Shown: positions 24,089-36,402, counted from the whole stretch's first letter. The stretch: 63,805 nucleotides of DNA, filler included, from Octopus bimaculoides (GCF_001194135.2; 6 parts of 4 records of this genome joined end to end with filler, not necessarily neighbours in it); one strand, 5' to 3'. Numbers and translations are program-made. Notes: generated by a model not told the origin, from the letters alone.

Positions 24089-25650
24089 GTAATGTTCATA
24101 ATAGCGACGAGTAACAACAACAACAACAGCAGTAGCGGTAACAGTAGCAGCAGCAATAAAAGCTCAGGTGGTAAGCTCTATGTTGTCGTCTGCCCTGCTA
24201 GAAATGGCAGTCAAATCAACGTCATATTTCATTTGACAGTTTGTGAAGAATGAAAAAATATATCTCGTGGGAAATAATGATGTTACATGCCTTTAAGATA
24301 GCGTGGTGGACATGGCTGGAATGTCGTTGGTCATACCTTTGTTGAAGCAACGTTGGTCCAACAGTAAGCGACAACCAAAAAAAGAAAAAAAAAAGAGCAC
24401 TACAACAGACACACACACACACAACTAAGAATAGACATAGAAACGATGAAACGGCAGAATATGAGGATAACGGACCACAGTGACCAACATAAAATATAAA
24501 CAAAAATAACTATAAAACCTAACACACATTGATATGTACAGTGTGTGGGTGTGCGTGCGCGCGTGTATGTAAAAGTATAAAACCTAAAAAACAAAACAAA
24601 ACCGTTCGGAAAAACTTGAAGGGTCTCTACTGGACCGCGATGATAGAAAGTGGAAGAAAGTGGTAGGAGTAGTGACTTGCATATAGTATTTCCGTTTGCC
24701 TTTTTAATGTTAGGTGGATGCTTTTTTGTCTTATTTTATTATATTTTNNNNNNNNNNNNNNNNNNNNNNNNNNNNNNNNNNNNNNNNNNNNNNNNNNNNN
24801 NNNNNNNNNNNNNNNNNNNNNNNNNNNNNNNNNNNNNNNNNNNNNNNNNNNNNNNNNNNNNNNNNNNNNNNNNNNNNNNNNNNNNNNNNNNNNNNNNNNN
24901 NNNNNNNNNNNNNNNNNNNNNNNNNNNNNNNNNNNNNNNNNNNNNNNNNNNNNNNNNNNNNNNNNNNNNNATATATATACACATATATGTATATACATAT
25001 ATATATATATATTTATTCATCTGTAATATTGTTTTGTTTTTCTCATTATTTTTTCTTTGCTTTTCGTCCCTTTTTGCGAATATCGCTAGCGTTTCCGGTC
25101 GATTGCTTTTCTTTAAGGGCTTCTAAGGCAAACGGTGTAGAATGCCGGGGAAAGAGAGATGGACGGTAATGATGGCTGTGATAAATCATGCATTACATAC
25201 GGGTGTCATCAGTTAAACCCGCCTATACTCAAAGAACCATACCGATCAGTAAAACGGCGTCCGCTGGAAACTTTTTAGCAACGAGCGGCCATCTTAAAAC
25301 GAAAATACGACTCGTCGGCACAGGCACTCATGCACACACATGCGTTCGTATGTAGATAAATACACACACACACGAACATACACAAAAAGCGTATGCAGAC
25401 TCTCACGCATAAGCACACACATGCATACACATCAAGATATAGAATGTCATTCTGTATATCTTAATTAACGTGGATATGTTATAAGAAAGTGGTATTCATT
25501 TTAGGGAAGCATCTCGCACAGACGGACGTATAGTGCTATAAAGCACACAAGTATCGATAGTCGATGGAAAGCGTTGTTTATGTTGCTCGAAAATGATAGA
25601 TATATTGATGGATATATCGATTAATAGGAGGTGAAAAAACGCTCGTTAGA

Positions 25651-25798
25651 GGTGAGAAACTTGTTTCCCAACCGCGTGGGTGCGCGTTCAGTCCCACTGC
25701 GTAGTTCACTGGTGAAGTCTCTTCCATTATAGCCTCGGGCCGACCAAGACCTTATCAATGAATTTCGTAGACGAAAACCGAAAGATGCCCGTCGTATG
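25651..25798 (+). mobile_element. SINE family A, 5' half
   Basis: GTTCAGTCCCACTGCG...TATAGCCTCGGGCCGACCAA...CCCGTCGTAT. Confidence 0.75.
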
Positions 25799-26651
25799 AA
25801 TATATGTGTGTGTGTGTGTGTGTGTGAGTGTGTGTGTGTGNNNNNNNNNNATATATATATACATACATACATACATACATACATGCATACATATATATAT
25901 ATACTCAAATTAATATGTATATGCCTGTGTGTATTTGTGTATTTGTATATGTGCGTGTATAAACATACATATCTATATTTGCATTTGCGCATGACACCGC
26001 ATGATTCACATACACGAACTTATAAGTACACAACCTTGTCGATTTAGAACAACATCTTGGATTAAATTTGACGCCAAATCATGCGGAAAGTGTGTGAAAA
26101 TCTGTAATCATGTGAACATGCGCACAAACGTTAACCGCTAAGCGCGAGCATTGAAAATGCAACATGCCTCCGTGGTTATGTGAACCAGGATGTGCGTGTC
26201 TGGGTGCGTACGCACGTGTGTGTACGACAGCATTGTCATAAACATAGTCACAACTGAGTTGAGCGTTATCGATATATTGCATTAGTAATATACAAATATA
26301 TATATATACATGCATAAAAATATTGCGCGCGCAACAAAGGACTAATGATATTCATATAACTTTGGTATAGAACGGGTTATTTCCAGTCAGACATGAAACG
26401 CCATGCTGTTCAATGCTCACTAAGCATGTACGCAGCTGCTGTCTAAACTTAATATTTGTTTCCATTGTTCAAACTACTCCAATTCTGAAAATGTACTCCT
26501 ATAATGGTGACCCATTTCACTGCTCGGTACACCAATACATGCATATATATATATATATATATAGTTTTAGGGAAAATAACCAATTTTCAAGAACTCATCG
26601 ATGAAAATCCACTATCACATAAGGCTCAATTTAATTTTATTTTTTTATAAA

Positions 26652-26751
26652 NNNNNNNNNNNNNNNNNNNNNNNNNNNNNNNNNNNNNNNNNNNNTTAAT
26701 TAATTAANNNNNNNNNNNNNNNNNNNNNNNNNNNNNNNNNNNNNNNNNNNN
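26652..26751. other. Artificial 100-bp scaffold linker N44-TTAATTAATTAA-N44 (also at 38042-38141, 54466-54565, 60470-60569, 61789-61888)
   Basis: The same 12-mer, which gives stops in all six frames, is centred in identical 44-N flanks five times. Confidence 0.97.
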
Positions 26752-26836
26752 ATATATATACATATATATATATACATACGTATGTATGTAAGTATGCATG
26801 AATGTATGTATGTATGTATGTATGTGTGCATGCATC

Positions 26837-26867
<31 letters not shown>

Positions 26868-28120
26868 TATTCCCATCCTTTCTTGGCTCATCAATATTTG
26901 CGATAGTTATCTCAATGAATGTTCGAATGATTGGAATAATCTCGTGAAGGTCATTACCAACGTAATAACTTCGAGTTTTCCATCTGTGATTTGAAACAAA
27001 CTGGAACGAGAGTTTCAAAAACCATTCGGAAGGTAGATACACAGTCGAATCAAAGCAAGAGTGTATGAATTCCTTGAAGAAGGCAAAAAAAAAAAAAAAC
27101 TGCACATATCTTGAATAAATATGGACAATCCTCAGAAGACATTTATACACAACATAAGTGATTATTTCTTCATTGAAGGACATATTTTAAGACAGTTGAA
27201 ATTAAGGGCTAGATGGGCGTTAGGACGATCGTCGTGCCTGTCGAAGGAATGATCCTTTAGTATGCATATGTAGATTATTAGAATGTGATAGATCATAATT
27301 TTGTACAAAGAAATTCTGCAGATTGATAAGGCCTGATGCAAAAATATCATTGATTTATTTCAATCAGCTGCATTTTCCCGACATTTTTACATGAGAAAAA
27401 CAACGTTTCAATTGTTCTGATATAATTGACCGCCAATATAGTTGTAATGATTTCCTATGGCCTTTGATTCATGTGAACGTGTCTTGACGCCAGTTTTCCT
27501 TCGATACCAATCGATACACAGTTGCAATCAAATACAACAGAATATTTGAAGGATGTTGCCGGAAAAAAAAAGAGAGAAAATATCAATAAGCCGCCACGTT
27601 GATTTCTAGTACAGTTTAGTAATTTCTAGTAATCTCATACCATATGATGGCATATCAACACGAATGATATTACGCATACACGCTCGCGTGCACCAACACA
27701 TACTCAGACATGCATGTGAAAACAAACACACTTAAACATACATTGATACAGAAATATAGAAACAAACACGGAGCACACATTCACACGTACATACACACAC
27801 ATGCACGCGTAGATACACACAGGCACAGGCACACATACACACTCTTACAGGCGGCACATACACAAACAATCTCTCCTACAGGAATACTATTACTTTTATT
27901 AAAAAGTCGTTTGTCCAGATATCACTTTTACTTCATTTTCTCTCTTATTATACCTATATATATATGAGTGTGTGTGTGTGCGTGTGTGTGTGCGTGTGTG
28001 TGCAGGCATGTGTGTATGTGTGAGCGCGCATGCGTCTGTGTGTGTGTAAGTGTGCGTGAGAGAGAGAGAGAGAGCGCGTGCGTGTATGTGTATGTATATA
28101 CATATATATCTACATGTATA

Positions 28121-28281
28121 GGGAGAATTCGCAAAAAAGAAAAAAACAAAAAGCGAAGACAGGTGGTGTAGAAAACAAATAGATGTATTAGTATAACTCT
28201 CGGGAATTGAAAAAGTCTTTAACGTTTCGAGCCTACGCTCTTTTCCACAGAAAAGAACACAGAATGAAACAAGGAGAGAAA
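28121..28281 (-). mobile_element. Short dispersed element family C, copy 1 (hammerhead-like motif 28216-28255)
   Basis: Similar over about 160 bp to 32757-32950, 35176-35330 and 36241-36402, and flanked by TA-rich microsatellite. Confidence 0.8.
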
Positions 28282-29810
28282 CATATATATATATATATAT
28301 ATATATATAAACATTCCCTCAATACACACAAGAGAAAAAAGCTAGGTCAGTTCCTCCTCAACTTTTTGCGAACTCTTAAATATATTTCCTGGGTATATAT
28401 ATACATATTTTACCAAATCCTTTTTGTTATAACAATGTTGTAAACTGTTTCAAACATATTCTTATTATCATTATCAAAGAATGTATACATGTATTTTGAT
28501 ACTTAAACTGTTTCTAACATTTTCTATTATTATCAAAGAATATGTATATGTATTTTTCCATATATGTATTTTCATACTTACACTGTTTTTAACATTTTCA
28601 TCTTATTATCAGAGAATGTGTGATAATCAGTATGTAACACTACAAAGCTCATACAAAGCTTTATACTTTAAATATATTCCTCTTATTATCATCAAAGAAT
28701 GTATATATGTATTTTAATACTCAAACTGTTTTTTAACATTTTCTATTATTCTCAAAGACTTTTGATAATCTTTTTCTAAAAAAGTGAAACCGGTTAAGTG
28801 AATAAATATCTTTAAAATAAGTGCATTTTCAAACCTTCTTTCACATATATATATATATATATACACACACACAAGAAGGTGTGATAAACCGGCTTTAATT
28901 ACAAAGTACAACATTTGTTTCTGTGCAGTTCGCACCACTTGCAAGTTAATGAGTTTTCATTCTCATACGGTTACATGAAATTATATTACATCCAGCAATA
29001 GTTGTGTGCCGGTGCTTCATCAGGTACCTTGTAGCCCCTTCACATAAACAAATGTTCCAATTTGTAATTAAAGCCCGTTTATTCCATCTTTTTGTATCAA
29101 CTTTTATATAAATTCTATCTACGAACGTAGTTCCACATGTTTACCCTTGTCATGGAATAAACATGCTGTATGATGGCGTATGGTAGCCAATAAAATGTAT
29201 AGGAGCTTTTAAATAAATGTCGTATGGTTCCTACCCAGATGTTATTGAATATATAGTCTATTGTTCCACGATGGTAAGATCAACAAAATATATGCACCAT
29301 CTGGTGAGAGATAAATGTTATTCAATAAATATATGGTTCTATGTGCTATTATAAGTTTTATGCGACGAAAGCATGCCAGACACTACTTTTTAATACATCT
29401 GGTGTCTCGGTGCAATCTTCAGGCAATGCCGTTTTCTCTTTCTTTTTTAGATGCTGCTTGAAGATTGAGTGAGACACTAGACGAGATAAAGATACTGCCT
29501 AGCATGCTTTCATCGCATGAAACTGATAATAGCACATAAAAACATATATTGTGTTAGTTAAATAATATATATATATATACAAACACACATACATGCACAC
29601 ATACATACAAACGTATGAATACGTGTGGCCGAATTCTGGTCAGTCGAACCAGTTGGTGGGTGTTCACATAATGAGCTGAAGCGGTGAGCTGTAAAGTTAC
29701 CGGAAAGAAGGCCTCGGATCGGTGCACATTCTCTCGTGATGACCTCTGGCATTGGGTATGCGGAGTTTTCGACTAACTGCATTTCCTCTACTTATCTATC
29801 CAGGCTCTCA

Positions 29811-29845
<35 letters not shown>

Positions 29846-30239
29846 ATGCAAACAATTTTCTTTCTCATCTTTCCATTGGATTATTCACTCCTCCCCAAAG
29901 CCGTTGACTGCATAATCATCGTTAAACTTGGATTTTCTACACCTGAAGAATTCCGGCTTTGATTTGGAATCCGCTAGTGCTGATTGCCTGCTATTCGGGT
30001 ACCTCAACATGCGATGTCATGGCAAATTTGGAAATCTGAGAGAGGGAATACATGAAGCCAGGCTGCGGCAGCCAATGGTGCCTCTCCGAGAAGACATTAT
30101 TAGTGAGTGGAGTATCTTAGGCAACTGTCATGGGGTCACTTCCGTTTGTGGTAACCCTCTCAGTTATGCCAGTCTTAGTTGCGATGTTTATGACGCGTAA
30201 GTAGCAGAACATCAAGATTATTCTGGATGCTAATCTCTA

Positions 30240-31080
30240 CAGAAAGATTAAGATACCATATATAAATGGACTGCTGAAAACTAAACCCAATCAACTATCG
30301 AAAAATTCCAACCCTTCCTCCAGCAGCCTACTTACTCTAACATACCGCAACAAAGATACTTTGCACCAAAACGAGCGTTAATTCCATAATTCCAGAGTCA
30401 AACACAATGCACGACCTGGGAATTAATGAGGAACGATGCATCGTTTCACGTGGATTCTAAGAATGTGCAGACCAAGGGACCAGGAAATTAGGCTGGTCCT
30501 ATGGAGAACATTGATCTTCAGCCGTCCAAAATACTTTTAATTATGGTCACTCACCCCTGGCGTCAAATTAATAAAGGAACTGGAGGCAGTTGAACGGAAA
30601 TATACCAAGATTGCGTCAATGGAATATTTGAATTACTGAAAGATAGCGAAAGAAGACGGGGAAGGTTCGCTGTGATATACATATGGAAGATATAGGGGTT
30701 GGCACCAAACTTTGACATCCTTATCTATACAAGGCCCCCAACAAGATGTCACTGCACTGTTACATATTTCCCAACTATTCTGTCTAGTATAAGGACCAGT
30801 TACAGCAATGGCTTGGGGTTCAAACCTACAGCTATTTAATATCATGCCAAACACCTGGCAGGACTACATCGAGTGGGGATAGCTGTTTTTAAACTCCTTG
30901 ATTTTCTGCTGTCTCAGATCTCACATAAAGCTACATTACGGCAAGAAACTAAGACGGAACAAGCATATCAAACTCACTTCTTCATCAAAAGCCAACGACA
31001 AAGGGATGGTCTTCGAAAAGTATTCATAGTGACAATGCACCAGCATGGTTACAACGTATAGGCCGAAACGCATAAAAGAA
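30240..31080 (+). mobile_element. CR1/L2-group LINE 3' end, degenerate
   Basis: Translates as WSLTPGVKLIKELEAVERKYTKIASMEYLNY*K (30544-30640), IYIWKI, GLGFK..QLFNIMP and FKLLDFLLSQI, typical of the post-RT region of CR1-type LINEs. It ends ...GAAACGCATAAAAGAA. Confidence 0.75.
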
Positions 31081-31792
31081 TGTGCGTGTGTGTGTGTGTG
31101 TGTGCGCGGGTGGACGCGTGTTCCTGCTTCTACAAGATAAGGGAAACGGTGACTTCAGAGTTTCAGCCAGCAAGCCTTTCTTGAAGAGTCCCGCGAAGGC
31201 AAGAAACCCGAAACCTCGAAGTCACTACCATTTCCCTCTTTGTAAAACTATAATAAACGTGTACACTGGCCCCCACCAAAAAAACCCAAGAAAGTATTGA
31301 GTAATTCTTTAGTTTCATCTTAATTATTCTCTTTCATTTATGGTAAACGCATCACAAAAAACAAACACACTCGCACACACACACACACACACAGACACAT
31401 ATACATATAAATATACAATATAAATACCGAGAATGATAACTATGTTTTGCCGATGATTATCTTCGAGGGGAAACCTTAAGAAACCGCCATTCGGCGAAAT
31501 ATCGAAATAAATGTGAAAATTTCCTTTGTATAAACATTAATGTTACGCATCACAAATTCCTATCAACTGCCGCTTCTCTTAATGTTTTGATGTATACATG
31601 TATACATACAAAAATAAATACAAAAAATACGTACACACACATAACATACATACATAAACGTATATATGTTTTGAGTATAAGAAAGGGAAAGACAACTAGG
31701 CGAGTTTTCAATTAGGCAACAGATACAATACACACATTTATATATCATTAGTAAGTATGTGAGTAAGAGCCTACGAACCTGTATATGCATGT

Positions 31793-31838
<46 letters not shown>

Positions 31839-32756
31839 ATGATGTCTAACGGATATATTCTAGCTGTTTCCGAGTTACAGCATCATCGATTGCATTTATG
31901 CTGCACAACATTAAAACTTTTGTGAAACTTCAATTTACTTTTATTTCAGATGAAAGAAAATAATACTTATAAAGAAATCTGCTGCTGGGTAACATTCCCA
32001 ACACGTGTGTACGTGCGTGTGTGAGTGAGTGTACGGTGCCTCTTTATGTGTATGTGTGTGCGCGCTCGTTTGTTTGTGCGTATCATTCAGTACACACAAG
32101 GTTTAAATTCGAGCCACCACTTGTTTCATGCTTCCAAAATTATGATGGCTGAACAACCTTCTAATGCGTCGTAGCGTGCCGTGTATTACCCGAAACTATG
32201 TAGATTCTATAATACGACACACACGCTCACACGCACGCAAACACGCATACACAAGCATGCATACATTAATCAACATATACATATATATATATTTACTGTC
32301 GCTGGTTTAGGTTAAACTCGTAACAGTGATAAATTCAGTAAATGTATTACTCGAATGTGTTCCTATATTTCCTATGACGAGATTATTCAATTGATTGACC
32401 TGAAGAAACTTCAACATGCGATACGCAATGTCACAGGCAACCGTTATGTTACCTGCATATACACATAGTTATATGTTCACGCATGCATACACAATTGCAC
32501 TCAGACACACCCACACACAGCGAATATCTATTTCTAAGATTTTACGGCTTTCCCCGAGATGGTAAGTTAATTTCTTTGCTCGTAGCCCGATTTCTGTTGT
32601 GCTTGTTATTTTTCCAGTGATTGGTTGTTTTCTTAGAGGATTTTTTGACTCCGATTTTCACAAGAATGCTGGGACCGTGTGTGCCCAGTTATAATTATAA
32701 ATTGATTATAACATTTTATATATGCGTATACATACATATGCATGTATATATATATA

Positions 32757-32950
32757 GGGGAGAATTCACAAAAGAAAAAACAAAAGACGAAGACAGGTGG
32801 TGTACACAACAAACAGATGTATTAGTATAACGCTCGAGGAATGAAAAAGTATTTAACGTTTCGAGCCTACGCTCTTCCACAGAAAGGAAGACGGAAAGAA
32901 ACAAGGAGAGAAAAATGTGTATAGTGGTCAGCGATCTATCATTGCGAATA
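32757..32950 (-). mobile_element. Family C, copy 2 (hammerhead-like motif 32850-32887)
   Basis: GGGAGAATT...GACAGGTGGTGTA...AACGTTTCGAGCCTACGCTCTTCCACAGAAAGG is shared with the other copies. Confidence 0.8.
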
Positions 32951-33035
32951 TATGTATATATATATACATATATATTTAAATATATATATATATATANNNN
33001 NNNNNNATATATATATACACGTATGCAATGCATAC

Positions 33036-33068
<33 letters not shown>

Positions 33069-34103
33069 AGTGAGTGAGTGTGTGTGTGTGTGTGTGTGTA
33101 TTTTTCAATAAACAAAGTATATATTTTTATGAGCTGCTAGTATGTTCATGGGATTAAAATGACTTAGACAGCATTTTATAACATGTCTGCTGGTCTTCTC
33201 GTAATCCTGAGGTTCTGCTCAGATGACATAAGCAGGTAAAGCAGGGCAGACGATAGAACGAGAGAAAATACGAGAAAATCGAAAAGGAAGTCGATGTAAA
33301 ATATGGAAAATTGAAAACACCGAAAATCGAAAATGAAAAAAGGTGGAGAATTAGAATTATGTCCTCTTTGATCGTAAAGATGTAAGGCTGAATGGATATG
33401 GGCCTAGAGATTGCGGTACTGATGCTCAATTCGAAGACGTTAGATTTTCCATTTCGCCAACAGGAACTTATCCATATCTCTACATTCGCTAAAAATTTCA
33501 GTTCTAGAAATCAGCAGTGCAGTGAAGATCTTAGATCGAAAAGATCACTCAGAGGGAATGCATTTTTTGTTGATCTTACCATCACGAAACAGTATACTAT
33601 ACTTATGTATATATATAATTCTTTTTTGAAGACGTAGTTATAATAATAGCGAGTAAATATTGATTTAAAAGCGCTTTGCATAGAAAATACGTAAAGATGG
33701 CAGTTTTTTTACCATTGTTTCAAAGCAATCCTTTGAAATTCTCTCTCCATTTTAGAAATTTTATTCTAACCAGCAAGAATTCTATGTTGTTGAGGTCATG
33801 AGAATTTATAAGCCTTGTGCCACTGTGTAGCACTTAGTATTGGGACTGATATACCTTAAATTAAATAAAGCTATAAATATTAGTGTCTAAATATTGAGAT
33901 ATTAATTTATTTGCTTTTAAGATACATATAAAGGCCTATAACTTATTCTCTTGAAGTTTATAAGAGAAATAATGAGTTCCCACGAACGTTTTCCTCAACG
34001 ATCTTTGTTTATTTCAAAACTTGTTTATTGCATACGACATATAATGAGTGATGACGAAATCACTCAGATTGTACTTATACCATGAAATATATATATATAA
34101 ACA

Positions 34104-34157
<54 letters not shown>

Positions 34158-34582
34158 GTGAGAGAGAGTAGGAAGATAGATAGATAGATAGATAGATAAC
34201 ATTTCATGATTATGGGATCTATATCCGAGCTACATCAGATTTCATGCTCGGAAAGCGCTATGCTGGGAAGAGCCTGTATAGTGTACTGTGCTCGATTGAG
34301 CAACCGTTCCGGTTCAGATAACATTGCTGCCACTTGAAGGAATACAAGAAAAGAAAAAGAAAATAAATGATAAGAGACATTTTAAATTAAAGAACGATAT
34401 TTGTGTCGCGCTGTACTGAGTCTTACTTCCTGATCCTCTCAACGACCAAAGAGTACGCTGCATACATACATCGCATGCATACAGATAAGTGTGTGTTTGC
34501 GCGCGCGTATGTGTACGAGCGAGTGAGTGTAGTGTGGTGTGTGCGCGCGCGTGTAGTTTATATATATATATATATATATATA

Positions 34583-34907
34583 GGAGCACTCCGTCGGTTG
34601 CGACGACGAGGGTCTCAGCTGATCCGATCATCGGAAAAGCTTGGTCGTGCAATTAACGTGCAAGTGGCTGAGCACTCCACAGACACGTGTAATCTTAACG
34701 TACTTTTCAAGCAGATTCAGCGTGATACACAGTGTGACAAGGTCGGCCCTTTGAAATACAGGTCCAACTTATTTTTGCCAGCTATGTAGACTGGAGCAAC
34801 GTGAAATAAAGTGCCTTGCTCAAGGATACAACTCGTCGCCGGGAATTGAACTCACGCCCTTATGCTCGTCAGCCGAATACCCTAATCACTAAGTCACGCG
34901 CCTTCCC
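34583..34907 (-). mobile_element. tRNA-derived SINE family D, full-length
   Basis: Minus strand GGAAGGCGCGTGACTTAGTGATTAGGG (A box) ... GAGTTCAATTCCC (B box) ... GTATCCTTGAGCAAGGCACTTTATTTCAC (CORE/V-like domain), followed by a distinct tail and flanked by (TA)n. Confidence 0.82.
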
Positions 34908-35042
34908 TATATATATATAATTAACATAATATGGTAAAAATTCGATATTAATTAATATCAATTTAATACCAGGAAACTAGCACATTAAAAGAATCAGAAG
35001 GTTCATGAAAAATTTTTTTTCGAGATCCTAAAATGATTATAG

Positions 35043-35158
35043 TACTTGTGTATATAAGATTGACCAGTGACCGGTCTGTCAAAATGCTAGAAGAAGCTCA
35101 CTTGCTTCTTCTAGCATTTTGACAGACCGGTCACTGGTCAATCTTGTATACGCAAGTA
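35043..35158. repeat. Near-perfect hairpin: 55-bp arms, 6-nt loop
   Basis: 35043-35097 matches the reverse complement of 35104-35158 with 2 mismatches; the loop is TCACTT. Confidence 0.97.
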
Positions 35159-35175
35159 TATATATATATATATAT

Positions 35176-35327
35176 GGGAGAATATACAAATAATAACAAC
35201 AGACGAGGACAGGTGGTGTAAATAACAAAAGGATATATTAGTATGACGCTCGGGAATACGGAAAGTCTTTGACGTTTCGAGCTACGCTCTTCAACAGAAA
35301 GAATACGGAGACAAGGAGAAAAACACG

Positions 35328-35330
<3 letters not shown>
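35176..35330 (-). mobile_element. Family C, copy 3 (best hammerhead-like motif 35266-35302)
   Basis: Minus-strand RNA: UCUUU CUGUUGAA GAGC GUA GCUC GAAAC GUC AAAGA. Confidence 0.8.
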
Positions 35331-35367
<37 letters not shown>

Positions 35368-36240
35368 CACGTTTTTGTGTTCATGGGTGCGTTTGATTAT
35401 GTGTCTGCCTGTTGAACGAAAAGAATTATGAAAACATGGAAGAACAAAAAACATATATGAATGAAAAATACGCGTTAAATCTCGAAGTGTATCCTCTCTT
35501 TTTTGTTTTCTTTAATGGAGACCTTCCCAGCGTCTAAACAAACTAATCAGAAGAGACGGCCACTATAGAAAAAGGCTCGTGAATTCATTGAACTAAAATC
35601 TATATGCATCGAATGTGTCAATAACTCATAGAAAGGAAGAGAATGCTGTACAAATGTACATCTTAATGGATGCCGCTTGAGTAGATTAATTGTCAAAGCA
35701 GATGGCAAATCATTTTGTGACATGCTTCTAAATGCTTTCCATTGAAATAGTTTTAGATCACTCACTGCCTACCACGTATTATGGGATTATGTAATTAATC
35801 TACTTTTGATGCATATTCGCTTGTTTTAGATGATTCTCTGTCTTGTATTAAATGTGGTTTATTTTGAATTTCGGAGTTCACTTTGTAATTTCTAGGTTAA
35901 TGAATGAATTTGGTAATACTTTGAGTGAAATATAGAACAGGAAATGAAATACTTGAAAGTTAGCGGTGTGGTTCTGAAGCTAGGTTTGCAGCATTTTGGT
36001 TTCGGCTTCACAACCACTGCCCAGCGGTGACCTGGACGACGAGTGTCGTGTACTTATAGACTCAAGCATACCAAAGCTTTATGAGTAAATTTGGTTCACA
36101 GAAACTGAGTGGAAGCCCGTCTTGTGTGTATATAGATAGATAGATAGATGGACAAACAGACAGACGGGTAGACAGACAGAGAGATATACAGACAGAGAAA
36201 TATACAGACAGACAGATATATATATATAAATAATTTTTTT

Positions 36241-36402
36241 TCTCCGTGTTTTTCTCCTTGTTTTCTCCGTATTCTTTCTGTTGAAGAGCGTAGCTCGAAA
36301 CGTTAAAGACTTTCCGTATTTCCGAGCGTCAAACTAATACATCCTTTTGTTGTTTACACCACCTGTCCTCGTCTGTTGTTGCTTTTTTTCGTACATTCTC
36401 CC
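36241..36402 (+). mobile_element. Family C, copy 4, inverted relative to copy 3 (motif 36273-36309)
   Basis: Plus-strand RNA: UCUUU CUGUUGAA GAGC GUA GCUC GAAAC GUU AAAGA. Confidence 0.8.

Noticed and set aside
26890-27180. Mariner catalytic-domain fragment (KVIT...FET, ESKQ)
   Set aside because: Resemblance to ITGDETW..YDPETK is too weak and needs several frameshifts; it cannot be supported without a profile search.
29017-29023. CUGAUGA on the minus strand as another hammerhead
   Set aside because: There is no stem II or GAAAC partner downstream.
29870-30200. RT fragment or host gene in ORF 29928-30200
   Set aside because: No convincing motif in any of the six frames.
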